64,000 bases of DNA from Polyangia bacterium (GTDB taxonomy: Bacteria > Myxococcota_A > Polyangia > Polyangiales > JAUICN01). The first letter of the stretch is position 1, and each line of letters starts with the position of its first letter. Shown piece by piece: positions 52,838 to 62,778 of the stretch. The position numbers were made by a program, and so were the translations under genes. Where the stretch lies: assembly GCA_030427835.1 (NCBI GenBank), contig JAUICN010000013.1, forward strand, positions 16,663-80,662. Direction: 5' to 3'. The notes beneath the pieces were generated by a model that did not search any database, was not told where the DNA came from, and saw only the letters and a program-made list of their open reading frames with translations.

Positions 52838-53878
52838 TCATCGATCGAAAACGGTGAGGTGAGCTACCACCTGGGCTCCACCAAGGTGTGGTGAACTCCC
52901 TAGGGTTAGGCGGCCACCCTGGTCTTCCAGGATGCGCCGCGAGATGGCAATTCCTAACCCCCGACCCAGGCCCTTGGACGACACTAGGGATCCCGGATGG
53001 GTGGCCATGGAGCCCGTGGGAAATCCGGGCCCATTGTCCTCCACGTGGATTTGATATTCGTCTCCCGCCCGCCGCAACTCCATATGGATACGGGCGGTCG
53101 CCCCCTGTTCAGAGGTGGCCTCCTGGGCATTTTGCACAAGGTTGAACAGCACTTGAACCAGCAGATCGGAGTCTGCTCGCACGATGGCCGCCTGGGGCCC
53201 AACTTGCACGGTGAGGGGTGTACCACCGGTGGAAAATAACTTTTCCACGTGCCCAAGAACGTTGCGAAGATCCACTTCCGATCGTTCGGGTGCCGGCACG
53301 CGCGCGAAATCGGTGAAACCCTGGATAATACGCCGCATGCGCCCAATCTCGATGCGCACCGTTTCCAGGGACTCCTGGACAACTACCTCAAGATCGGGGT
53401 GATTTCTGGAATGGGCCTTGGCCACGTTTTCCATGGAAAGCTGAATTGGAGACAGGGGGTTCTTCAGTTCGTGGGCCAGTTGCTGGGCGATCACGCGCCA
53501 GGTGGCAATCCTTTCTGCGGCCACGATTCGAGCCCGGGCGGTGCGTAGGTCCACGGTCATTTGGTTGAACGCATCCCCTGCGCTCGCCGCTTCCCCAAAG
53601 GTCCCCATGGTGACCATCGAGGAGAGATCCCCCGTGGCCACGCGGCGGGCAGCTCGCTCCAGTTCTTTCAAGGGGCGCACGACAGTGTGGTGGACCCAGG
53701 CTGCGGCGCCCACCCACAACGCAAGGAGTGCAAAAAGCACCAGCACCCCTTCCCCATTTTTGCTCATGCCCAGAAACGGGGTGCGGCCCTGCCCTTCGAG
53801 CCACCACAGGACCAGCACCGCGGGCACCACCATGAGCACCAAAAACACCCCCAGGATGCGATGCCAGAAACGCGTCAT
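52838..53878 (-). CDS. HAMP-containing sensor histidine kinase (NtrY-like)
   Basis: Two TMs, HAMP, LAHELKNPL, N box FNLVQNA, DNGPG, G.GLG..I...I...GG. Confidence 0.88.
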   Translation of the reverse strand: MTRFWHRILGVFLVLMVVPAVLVLWWLEGQGRTPFLGMSKNGEGVLVLFALLALWVGAAAWVHHTVVRPLKELERAARRVATGDLSSMVTMGTFGEAASAGDAFNQMTVDLRTARARIVAAERIATWRVIAQQLAHELKNPLSPIQLSMENVAKAHSRNHPDLEVVVQESLETVRIEIGRMRRIIQGFTDFARVPAPERSEVDLRNVLGHVEKLFSTGGTPLTVQVGPQAAIVRADSDLLVQVLFNLVQNAQEATSEQGATARIHMELRRAGDEYQIHVEDNGPGFPTGSMATHPGSLVSSKGLGRGLGIAISRRILEDQGGRLTLGSSPHLGGAQVVAHLTVFDR

Positions 53879-56151
53879 CCTGGTGAATGTCGGAACTCGA
53901 AGCTGCGATGGGGCTGGGTACGCTCAAAATCCTTGGGCACGGTTTGTTCGGTAACTTCTACCGCGTGCACGGCCCGGAGCAGTTCGGAATCCAAGTTGAA
54001 GTCTCGCTTATTCGTGGTGAACAGGAGTATTCCGCCGGGAGACAGCATGTTCATGGTCTGGGAGATGAGCTTGGCGTGATCCCTACCGATCTCAAAATCC
54101 CCGTGCATGCCCTTGGAACGGGACCAGGTGGGTGGACCCAGAAAAATGCGGTCAAACTTGTGCTTGCGTTGGTTGCGTTGGATCCATTGGCGGGCGTCTT
54201 CCCGAAAGAGTTGATGGGGGCTCCCGGGGGCCCCCGCCTGAACGCCGTTCTTTTGCAGGTTGCGTTTGGCCCAGTCGAGGTAGGTGTTGGAGAGGTCCAC
54301 GCTGACGGTGCGGTTGGCACCACCGCACACCGCAGCCACCGTGGCGGCACCGGTGTAACAAAAAAGGTTAAGAAACGAGAGGCCTTCGGCGTCCTTTTTG
54401 AGTCGAGCCCGAATTTCCCGATCGTCCAGGAATAGGCCCGTGTCCAGGTAGTCATCCAGGTTGACCAATAGGGGCACCCCATCCTCCTGCACCCAGTGCT
54501 CCTCTCCGGAATCGTCCCGTTGGTGTGGATGATCGGCCTGCTTTGCACGGACGCGAAATGTCACGTCCTCCGGGCCAAGGCCGAGCACGTGGCCCACGAT
54601 TGCCAGCACAGTTTTGCGGCGGTTGGCGGCTTCAGCCACCATGGGCCCGGACATTTGGGCCTCGGTACGACGATCGGTTTCTTCGACCCGAGCCCGACCG
54701 TTGTACCAGTCCACCGTGAAAGGGAATTCGGGCATGTCCCGGTTGTAGATTCGATAGGCGTTGGTTCCCTGGCGTTTTGCCCAGGACTGCCACCGCCTCC
54801 AACTCTTTTGCAGGCGGTTGGCAAAGGGGTTGTTTTGATCGAAGGCCACCCGTGAAGCCGCAGGTGATCCTAAGGTGGCATCGGACCGGTTACTGCCGGC
54901 TTGGTGAGCACTGCTGGCGTGGTGGGCACTGCCGGCTTCGGTGCTTCGTTCGAGGGCGCGCAGCTCGTATTTGGCGAAACGACATTCGATGGGGCCGTTG
55001 TAAACAATGTGGCGTTGGGTGGAACGGAGCCCCACGTGCTTGAGCAGTTGTGTTCCACCCGCGAGGATCCACGCAGTCCAGCCTGGAAAGTGGTGCTTCA
55101 GTTGGTCGCCAAACTGGGTGTACATGGGCTCCAGTTCCTGGGCCTGGCCCATGCGCTCTCCGTAGGGGGGATTGGTGATGAGCACCCCTGGCGCGCCGGC
55201 AGGTGGATGAATGCGGTGAAAGGAGTTCACCGTGAAGTGGGTGTGCAAGTTCACACGGGCTTTTCGCGCCTGGGCGCGGGCCAGATCCACGGCCGCGGAA
55301 GACTTGTCGGAACCGACAACGCGTATGTCTCGGCCTGCGCCCCCTTCTCGGTGTTGCTTTTGCCACATGAGAGCTTGCTCCAATGCGTCGGCGTGCTTGC
55401 GTTTGTCGTGGTGCAACCAGCCACGCTGCCCAAACCAGGGCCGTTCGTGGGCGTGGGGAAGATCACGGCGGGCCACCGCAACGGCCTCGATGGCCAGGGT
55501 GCCGGAACCGCAAAAAGGATCCACCAGGACACGGCTCGGGTAGGCCTCGGGCCAACCCGCCAATCGAAGCAAACCCGCAGCCAGGGTTTCACGTAGGGGC
55601 GCACCGAGGGAGGCACCCGCCAGGCGGTACCCACGACGGTGCAGGGAACCATCCCCCAGGTCGATACCCACCGAGACATGTGCCAGGTCCTCTTCAATCC
55701 GGGAGTAGGCCACGATTTGCACATCTGGGTATTGGCGGTCCACCGAGGGGCGCCGCCTCCGTTTGGCCATGAAGTGATCGGCAATGCCATCCTTCAATCG
55801 TTGGGTGGTGAAATTCGCCGTACCGTGGAACGGAAACCGCCCTGAGGTGCGGGCGGCAAAGGTGGACTGCAAATCGATGTGTTCCGTCCAGGGTATGCGA
55901 CGTACCTGCTCGTAAAACTCCTGATCCGAGGAGGCAGGGAACTGGGCAAGCTCCAGGATCACGCGGCTGGTGATGCGACTGGAAATGGCCACTCGATAGG
56001 CGGAAGTGAGGTCTCCTTTCCAGGAAACGCGACCCCGTTGGGGCGTGGCCTCGAGGCCATATTCGCCCAGTTCCGCGCACAATGCGGGCTCCAGACCCGA
56101 CGCACAGTGGGCAAAGAATAGGGCCGTGGGAGATGTTGGGGCGGTGGGCAC
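53875..56151 (-). CDS. rlmKL: Bifunctional 23S rRNA m2G2445/m7G2069 methyltransferase
   Basis: THUMP region, SLHRRGYR, APLRETLAA, DPFCGSGT, NPPYGER, NRL.K, YLDTGLFLD.R, LNLFCYTG, DLS.TYL.WA..N. Start approximate. Confidence 0.92.
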   Translation of the reverse strand: MPTAPTSPTALFFAHCASGLEPALCAELGEYGLEATPQRGRVSWKGDLTSAYRVAISSRITSRVILELAQFPASSDQEFYEQVRRIPWTEHIDLQSTFAARTSGRFPFHGTANFTTQRLKDGIADHFMAKRRRRPSVDRQYPDVQIVAYSRIEEDLAHVSVGIDLGDGSLHRRGYRLAGASLGAPLRETLAAGLLRLAGWPEAYPSRVLVDPFCGSGTLAIEAVAVARRDLPHAHERPWFGQRGWLHHDKRKHADALEQALMWQKQHREGGAGRDIRVVGSDKSSAAVDLARAQARKARVNLHTHFTVNSFHRIHPPAGAPGVLITNPPYGERMGQAQELEPMYTQFGDQLKHHFPGWTAWILAGGTQLLKHVGLRSTQRHIVYNGPIECRFAKYELRALERSTEAGSAHHASSAHQAGSNRSDATLGSPAASRVAFDQNNPFANRLQKSWRRWQSWAKRQGTNAYRIYNRDMPEFPFTVDWYNGRARVEETDRRTEAQMSGPMVAEAANRRKTVLAIVGHVLGLGPEDVTFRVRAKQADHPHQRDDSGEEHWVQEDGVPLLVNLDDYLDTGLFLDDREIRARLKKDAEGLSFLNLFCYTGAATVAAVCGGANRTVSVDLSNTYLDWAKRNLQKNGVQAGAPGSPHQLFREDARQWIQRNQRKHKFDRIFLGPPTWSRSKGMHGDFEIGRDHAKLISQTMNMLSPGGILLFTTNKRDFNLDSELLRAVHAVEVTEQTVPKDFERTQPHRSFEFRHSPG

Positions 56152-56219
56152 CGTGGGATCTAGCAGGTTGCCGCGTCCGGGGGAATTCGCCCCGTAACCC
56201 CTTTGTTTTTCGACCTGGC

Positions 56220-57887
56220 CTAGGCGCCCTGGAACACGATGGGGAAGGACGTCTGCGTGAGGTTGCCAGAGCTCGGGAACCTCCACCGTTTTACGGAACG
56301 CTGAATACAGGTCTTTAGGCCTGCCACGTCGTTTCCACGGGCGTTTACCTGGGTCACGATACCCGACATTCCCACCGTGATGTCGATGTCCAGACGCACA
56401 CTTGGCGGCGCACCCATGCCTCGGATGGAGGTTTCGTAGCAGCGTTGCAACCCAGGTTTGTTGCGGTTGACGACCTGGGAAAGTTGCTGGGCGTTGAGGC
56501 CTTCACCCGTGGGTGTCTGCCTTCCACCCATGCCGTTGTTGAACCTGAGATTGCCATGGGAACCAAAACCCCCGCCCATGCGATCAAACATGGCGCGCTG
56601 TTCGGCGGTCATTCCGTCGTTGGGCGCGGCAGGTTGTTTTTCTGAGGACGACGCCGCCTGGGTTTCGGTTTTTGCGGCCGCGCCCTGGGCATGGGAGCGT
56701 ACGTGACGACGTTCGTGGGAGGGTTCCTTTTCGCCTTCCTGTTCCGTTTGGCTACCCGCAGCGCCGTAGGCTTCCATGGGATCCGCAAGTTCGGTATCAA
56801 ACTCAGGGCGGGCTCTTCCTCCGCCCTCCTGGTTTGCAATACGGGACCCCGAACCGTCAGATCCCCAAATCCATTTGAGGCCCACCATGACGCCGAGTGT
56901 AATTCCGAAAGCGGCAGCACCCACGATGGCAATCCATGCACCCACGGGCATGGATTGCTTGCGTGGTGGTAGGGACGATACGGGCAGACTCGCCCGTTCC
57001 GCACCCACGCCACGCACGGGCGCAAGTTGCGGTTGCACCGCCGCGGGCTGCATGGCGGATTGCACCATATGTGGAGCGGCCGGTGCCTGTGGGATTTGCA
57101 CCACGCCTGGGTTTTCCGACTGAAAGAACGGATGATCCGTGACCCTGAGGCTGCCTTCTGGCGCCGCACTGTGCCCCGGAACCGCACTCTGCCCCGGCGA
57201 GATACTTTCAGATCCGAGAATGGGCAGGCTGGATAGGCCGCGCCCCGGAGCACTTTGCTCCGCTTCTACGGACCCTGCCGAACTGGGCTCCGCCAGACTG
57301 GGTACCGCCGCACTCGAGCCTGCCATGCTGGCACTGGCCGTGTGGGTGATATCCCCCGTTGGAACGCCACCGGTTGCGACAGAACCCGTACCGGTGGAAG
57401 GGCTGCCAATGGGTTCCATTCCAGGCTCAAATGCACCCGCCGCGGACTGGGAAGGGGGGGGCTCTGAGGGAACGGCCGCCTCCGGAACTAGCCCGGCCAG
57501 TTCAGGAACCTCCTGAACGGGTTTCCAATCCTCAAACCCCTCCCGCCAACAAAGGGAATCTCCGGTGATGGCGCCCGCCTGGGCGCGGATTTGGATTTCC
57601 TCCTGGGAAATGGGCCCCACCGGAACATCATTGATGGCCACATGCCACTGATCTTCAATGGTGGGCTGCTGGGGAAGAGAAGAGCCCCGCAGCATGTCCA
57701 CTGTGGAGGCACGCACGTCTCCTACCTTGGAGGGGGATGTGGCCGCTGGGGGGACCTTGCTGAGGCTTTTCCCACGGATGAGAATATCTGAACCGCATTT
57801 GCGGCACTTCATTTTCAGGGTACGCCCAGAGACTTTTTCGTCGGCGATTTGGTACTTTGCCTGGCAATTTCCGCACTGAAATTTCAT
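56220..57887 (-). CDS. Zinc-ribbon + GYF_2 + TM + AgmX/PglI C-terminal domain protein (GltJ/AgmX-like)
   Basis: MKFQCGNCQAKY.I.DEK......CRKC, W.V.I...P.GP....CWREG..DW.P...VPEL, TM, LQRCYE...C......W.FP. Confidence 0.82.
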   Translation of the reverse strand: MKFQCGNCQAKYQIADEKVSGRTLKMKCRKCGSDILIRGKSLSKVPPAATSPSKVGDVRASTVDMLRGSSLPQQPTIEDQWHVAINDVPVGPISQEEIQIRAQAGAITGDSLCWREGFEDWKPVQEVPELAGLVPEAAVPSEPPPSQSAAGAFEPGMEPIGSPSTGTGSVATGGVPTGDITHTASASMAGSSAAVPSLAEPSSAGSVEAEQSAPGRGLSSLPILGSESISPGQSAVPGHSAAPEGSLRVTDHPFFQSENPGVVQIPQAPAAPHMVQSAMQPAAVQPQLAPVRGVGAERASLPVSSLPPRKQSMPVGAWIAIVGAAAFGITLGVMVGLKWIWGSDGSGSRIANQEGGGRARPEFDTELADPMEAYGAAGSQTEQEGEKEPSHERRHVRSHAQGAAAKTETQAASSSEKQPAAPNDGMTAEQRAMFDRMGGGFGSHGNLRFNNGMGGRQTPTGEGLNAQQLSQVVNRNKPGLQRCYETSIRGMGAPPSVRLDIDITVGMSGIVTQVNARGNDVAGLKTCIQRSVKRWRFPSSGNLTQTSFPIVFQGA

Positions 57888-57983
57888 GGGTCTAATACGT
57901 GCCTCTCCGCAAGCGGCAAGTGTACCCTGAAATGCGGTCCATCGGGGAGTTCTTGGTGCGTAGTTCTTGCACTTCCCCCGGAC

Positions 57984-58535
57984 CTACATGCCGGAGCGGA
58001 TCTCGAAGCTGTCTGCCCGGGCCCGAAGCACAAGTCGATTATCGGCCAGTCGGCGAAACCAGCGCTCACCCTCAGGGGTTTCCACTCGGAAACTGCCTGT
58101 GTAGGTGTAGTCCACGAGAATCTCCTGGCCCGCCCCGCTGATGCTCCGGTATTTGATTTCGTAACGTACGGCCAATACCTCCTTGGCCCAGGCGTCGAGT
58201 TTTTGCTGAAGGCCTTCTCGATCAATGTCGTCATCGCCGATAGGTGTCCCGTTGTCGTCATAATAACGGTCTGAAGCAAGCGACATGAGCTCTGGAACAT
58301 TTCGGGCCTCCACGGCCTTTCGGTACAGCTCCACAAAATCCAAAATGTCTCGATTTTCACTGGTGTCCTTCACGGTCGTGTTGGGAATGTTTGCCCTTCC
58401 ACAACCGGAAACGACCAGGCACAGGGCGATGAGGGCAATGGAAAGCCCCACCGCTGGGCGAAAAGGGATCGCTGGACGAAAAGGGGTCGCTAAGAAAAGA
58501 GATGACACTGTAATTGCTCCTCGTAACTCGAACAC
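57984..58535 (-). CDS. NTF2-like-fold lipoprotein
   Basis: Lipobox VVSGC; ..Y..AVE.RN...LM.LAS..YYD..GT....D followed by beta strands. Confidence 0.65.
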   Translation of the reverse strand: MFELRGAITVSSLFLATPFRPAIPFRPAVGLSIALIALCLVVSGCGRANIPNTTVKDTSENRDILDFVELYRKAVEARNVPELMSLASDRYYDDNGTPIGDDDIDREGLQQKLDAWAKEVLAVRYEIKYRSISGAGQEILVDYTYTGSFRVETPEGERWFRRLADNRLVLRARADSFEIRSGM

Positions 58536-58719
58536 CGTTGATCAGGAACCCCACGGGGCGTGAGGCTATTCCCAAGGGTGGGGCTATCTGTAGCAGGTTT
58601 CTTGGGGGTTTCGTAGCTTTGGGATGGACCTTTTGTACCCGACCGCGGCCAGGCCTTGCGCGGCGCTTGGTAGGGACGCGCGGTTGCGCCAGTGCCCCAG
58701 GTCGGATAGGCGGTGGTTC

Positions 58720-59229
58720 ATGAGGTACCTTGTTGAGTTAGGGGATGTGTCCATGGAAGTGGACGTGCTCGTGGACGAGCAGGGGGGTACACGGATCGAG
58801 GTGGACGGCAAACCGTGGAACGGTGCGGTTCAGGAGGTGCCCGGCGGTGTATTGCTGGAGGAGGGAACCACCCGGAGACGTGTGTACGTCGCCCTGGATC
58901 CGAAACCCGGTAGCGATGAGGTGGACCTGGCCCTGGGAGAGACGCGCCTTCGGGGCCGGGTACAAAACGCCCAGCGCATCAGCCTGCAACAGGGCAAGGG
59001 AAACGCAGGTTCGGACCGGGAACTGCGGGCCCCCATGCCAGGCAGGGTGGTGAATATTACGGTTTCTGAAGGAGCGAAGGTGACAACCGGGGATTCACTC
59101 ATGGTGATCGAGGCCATGAAGATGGAGAACGAACTCAAGGCTACCCATGCGGTGAAGGTGGCCGGCATTCACGTGACGGTTGGCCAAAGTGTAGAGCGCG
59201 GTGCTCTCCTGCTGTCATTTGAAGAGTAG
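58720..59229 (+). CDS. Biotin carboxyl carrier protein
   Basis: APMPG.V, IEAMKMENE (biotinylated Lys), V..G..V..G..L. Confidence 0.9.
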   Translation: MRYLVELGDVSMEVDVLVDEQGGTRIEVDGKPWNGAVQEVPGGVLLEEGTTRRRVYVALDPKPGSDEVDLALGETRLRGRVQNAQRISLQQGKGNAGSDRELRAPMPGRVVNITVSEGAKVTTGDSLMVIEAMKMENELKATHAVKVAGIHVTVGQSVERGALLLSFEE

Positions 59230-59268
59230 AGCGTTCGAAGAGTAGGACCCTCGAAGGCTCGTGCCGGT

Positions 59269-60630
59269 CTAGGTGAGACCGAACTCTTTGATCTTGTACA
59301 ACAGCGCGCGGTGGGAGATCTCTAGGATCTTTGCGGCACGGGTGCGGTTTCCGCCCGTCTTCTCCAGGGCCCGCCGGATAAGCACTTCTTCGATGTAGCG
59401 GGTAGTCTTTTTGATAGAGAGTTCCCCGCTTGAAAGGGTTACCGCGACCGGGTCGTCTGCTTCGACCAGGCGCTCTGGAAGGTTTTCCACGGTGATGGTG
59501 TCACCATCGGCCAGTACCACGGCGCGCTCCACGGTATTCTCAAGCTCCCGTACATTGCCCGGCCAAGCGTAGCGGAGCAGCCGTTTCATGGCGGCGGACT
59601 CCAGATTGCGCACCTGGGAACCAAACCGGATGTTGCAGCGGTCCACGAAGTGACCCACCAGCAGGGGGATATCGTCGGAACGTTCACGCAGGGGGGGCAG
59701 CCGAATCTTGAGGGAGCTCAATCTGTAGAAGAGGTCCTCCCGAAAACGACCCGTGCTGACTTCCTTTTCCAGATCCCGAATGGTGGCTGCAATCACCCGG
59801 ACATCAACCAGTCGGTCGGTCTCTTCCCCGACGCGGCGCACGCGGCCTTCCTGCAGAGCGCGCACGAGCTTCACCTGCAGGTGCAGGGGTAACTCTCCCA
59901 CCTCGTCCAGGTACAGGGTTCCTTCGTGCGCCTCTTCCAGCAGACCACGTTTGTCCCGGGTGGCTTCTGTGAAGGCACCCTGAACGTACCCAAAGAGTTC
60001 GCTTTCAAGCAAGCCCTCTGGAATCGCGCTGCAGTTGACGGCCACAAAGGGTTTGGCGGCGCGGGCGCCCTGGTTGTGTGCGGCACGGGCCACAAGCTCC
60101 TTGCCTGTGCCGCTTTCGCCCTGAATGAGCAAGGTCGTCTTGTGCTCCGCGACTTTTTCAACGATGCGAAACACGGCTTGCATGGCCTCACTGCGGCCCA
60201 GCAACTCGCCAAACCGGTGTTGATCACGCACGGCCTCACGTAGGACTTTGTTCTCCTGTTGGAGGTGGTGCCGTTCGGCGGCCTTGCGCAACGCAAGCCG
60301 GATATCCTGTTCCTCAAGCGGCTTACGCAAGCAGTCGTATGCGCCCGCTTCGATGCCTGCGCGGGCAAGCTGGGAAGCGTTGGCGTCTGCCATGAGCAGC
60401 ACTGTGGCTTTGGAAGAGCGCGCCTGCACTTCCGAGCATAGCGTCGGCCCTTCCAGACCGCGCGTGGTGGCATCCGCTAGCACAAAGTCAGGGTCGAAGT
60501 TGGAGAGCAGGGCCATTGCGCGATCCATGTCCGCAGCGACCTCCACATCGTACCCATCGTTTGTTAGCCAGCTGCCCAAGGAACGCCTGACGCGCTCGTC
60601 CGCGTCGAGCACCAGGACTCGTGCTCCCAT
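59269..60630 (-). CDS. sigma54-dependent enhancer-binding response regulator (NtrC family) with atypical receiver
   Basis: [61 protein letters not shown], Fis-type HTH. Confidence 0.93.
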   Translation of the reverse strand: MGARVLVLDADERVRRSLGSWLTNDGYDVEVAADMDRAMALLSNFDPDFVLADATTRGLEGPTLCSEVQARSSKATVLLMADANASQLARAGIEAGAYDCLRKPLEEQDIRLALRKAAERHHLQQENKVLREAVRDQHRFGELLGRSEAMQAVFRIVEKVAEHKTTLLIQGESGTGKELVARAAHNQGARAAKPFVAVNCSAIPEGLLESELFGYVQGAFTEATRDKRGLLEEAHEGTLYLDEVGELPLHLQVKLVRALQEGRVRRVGEETDRLVDVRVIAATIRDLEKEVSTGRFREDLFYRLSSLKIRLPPLRERSDDIPLLVGHFVDRCNIRFGSQVRNLESAAMKRLLRYAWPGNVRELENTVERAVVLADGDTITVENLPERLVEADDPVAVTLSSGELSIKKTTRYIEEVLIRRALEKTGGNRTRAAKILEISHRALLYKIKEFGLT

Positions 60631-60951
60631 GTCCTCCAGGCCCCCTTTTTTTTCTTCGAAATCATACACGCAAAAACTGCGAAACGTTCCGATATTCCTC
60701 AGGAAATGTAACACGGGGCGGGCGGTCGTCCAAGGTTTTGTCTGGATCCTTCCTGGGAGCCGCCATGGGATCTGGGCGCAACCTTCGATATACTTAACCT
60801 TGATCCTGTGGATCCCCCGAATGGTTTGGGGTGTTTTTGGCCCTAGGGCGAGGTTGTCGGTTAGTGTGGGTTTACTCCACTCGCGGTTTGAAATTCTTGG
60901 TGTTTTTTCTACTAGCTTACCCGTTGGGGGATTTGGATCAGGAGACTTGGC

Positions 60952-62679
60952 ATGAAATCAGTTCTACGTGACCGCGCCGTTGTGGCGCTCCTTGCAATTT
61001 TTGCGGTGTATTTTCTACTGAGTTGTACCCGTCGGGACCTGCGTGCATTAACCCCCTGCACGGTTTCTGGAGTGGTGGAAAACATCCAAGTCAACACCGT
61101 CGACAAGATCGACCTTTTGGTGGTCATCGATGACTCCGGTTCCATGGATGTGGAACAATCTTCCCTCGGAGCTGGGCTTCCACGTTTGATTCGCGCACTT
61201 ACGAGCGGCGATCTGGATCAGGACAGCGTCCAAGACTTCCCACCTGCCAGCGACATCCACGTTGCTGTGGTGACGACGGACATGGGTACCGGCGGTGTCT
61301 TCAGTGCATCTGGCTCGGGTTGCGAAACCCAACCAGATCTGGGTGAAGATGCCATTTTTCAAACCACACCGGGTAGCAACGCACCGGGGACCTGCGCGTC
61401 TAGTTTTCCGAGCGTGCTCAACTTCGACGGGTCCGTCGACGATCCAGACACCTTTGCAAGCGAAGTGGAGTGCCTTGTTCGAAGGGGTACCGAGGGATGT
61501 GGACTGGAGCACCAACTTGAAGTGGCACTCAAGGCAATGACACCCAGCACCTCTTCCTTACGTTTTCGGGGTGCTTCCCAGTCTTCGGTCACGGGCCATG
61601 GCGACACATTGAATGATGGGTTTCTCAGGGAAGACGCGTTGCTTGTGACTCTTGTCGTATCAGACGAGGAAGACTGTTCCGTACAGACTTCGGAAATGAA
61701 CCTTTTCCACCCTGAACAGGACAACACGGAGTACCCGGGCCCGATCAATCTCCGTTGCATCGACTACCCAGACGCGTTGCACCCGGTGGAGCGCTATGTG
61801 GATGGATATCTGGAACTCAAGCAGAATCCTGATCTGTTCGTGTTTGCGGCGATTGTGGGTGTACCTACAGACTTGGTCGCCGATACGAGCAACATCAACT
61901 TTGATGCGATCCTTGCGGACTCCCGCATGGAGGCAAAGCCTGACGCTCTCAACCCTGAGATTCCTGCAACGTCCTGTGATGTTTCGGGCGTGGGTAAGGC
62001 CTACCCTCCCCGTCGCATTGTGCAGGTTGCGCAGTCGTTGGAAGAGGAAAAGGGATCCAACGGAATCATTCAATCCATTTGCCAATCCAACTACAACGGG
62101 GCCCTGGATGCCATCGTGGAGAAGATCGGTTCCGTGTTGGGAGGCGCCTGCCTTCCCCGTGCCCTGAGCCGCAACGAATCTGGACTGGTAAACTGTGATG
62201 TCATCGAGACCTTACCGTCGGGAACTTCTTGTAGCTCGTTGTCAGGCCGAGCGCTCGTTTCCACCAAGAAGGTGAATGGTGAAAACCGTGAGCTTTGCCG
62301 TGTGTCACAACAACCTGTGCTGGGCGGTGCCGCACCCACCGACGCTGGATGGTTCTACGACGACTTCACCACCGACACCGACAGCCGCTGCGGTACCGAA
62401 GGGCAGCGCATCGCGTATGTTGACGGAGCTAGCCCCATCACAGGCACGTCGGTGCGACTGGAGTGCTTGCAGCCCGTACAAAGCGACGCGGTAGGCATCG
62501 GCACCCCCTGTACCCCAGGTGGCGGTTCGTCTAGCAACCCCTGCAGCAACGTCGACCTCACCTGCGACAGCATCAGCAACACCTGCCAGCAGACCTGCAC
62601 CTCAGACGCAGACTGCGACTCCGGTTTCCGCTGCTCCACCAACAACTACTGCGTCAACCCCACCTGCGGCCAAACCTAA
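60952..62679 (+). CDS. vWA-like (MIDAS DDSGS) Cys-rich lipoprotein, CglB-like architecture
   Basis: Lipobox LLSC, KIDLLVVIDDSGSM..EQ, G..GCGLE..LE, FLRE.A.L....VSDEEDCS, Cys-rich tail. SD AGGAG upstream. Confidence 0.75.
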   Translation: MKSVLRDRAVVALLAIFAVYFLLSCTRRDLRALTPCTVSGVVENIQVNTVDKIDLLVVIDDSGSMDVEQSSLGAGLPRLIRALTSGDLDQDSVQDFPPASDIHVAVVTTDMGTGGVFSASGSGCETQPDLGEDAIFQTTPGSNAPGTCASSFPSVLNFDGSVDDPDTFASEVECLVRRGTEGCGLEHQLEVALKAMTPSTSSLRFRGASQSSVTGHGDTLNDGFLREDALLVTLVVSDEEDCSVQTSEMNLFHPEQDNTEYPGPINLRCIDYPDALHPVERYVDGYLELKQNPDLFVFAAIVGVPTDLVADTSNINFDAILADSRMEAKPDALNPEIPATSCDVSGVGKAYPPRRIVQVAQSLEEEKGSNGIIQSICQSNYNGALDAIVEKIGSVLGGACLPRALSRNESGLVNCDVIETLPSGTSCSSLSGRALVSTKKVNGENRELCRVSQQPVLGGAAPTDAGWFYDDFTTDTDSRCGTEGQRIAYVDGASPITGTSVRLECLQPVQSDAVGIGTPCTPGGGSSSNPCSNVDLTCDSISNTCQQTCTSDADCDSGFRCSTNNYCVNPTCGQT

Positions 62680-62706
62680 CCCTCCACCTACCCTGCAGTT
62701 TTCACT

Positions 62707-62778
62707 CTACCCAGGTTAGAGAAGGGCCACCGGGGGCAAACGCTACTCAGGTTAGAGAAGGGGCACCGGGGGCAAACG
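62707..62778 (+). repeat. 36-bp direct tandem repeat x2 containing ACCCAGGTT hairpin core
   Basis: CTACCCAGGTTAGAGAAGGGCCACCGGGGGCAAACG / CTACTCAGGTTAGAGAAGGGGCACCGGGGGCAAACG (2 mismatches, no spacer). Confidence 0.9.

Noticed and set aside
62707-62778. 36-bp repeat as a CRISPR array
   Set aside because: Only two abutting copies, no spacer, and no cas genes in the window.
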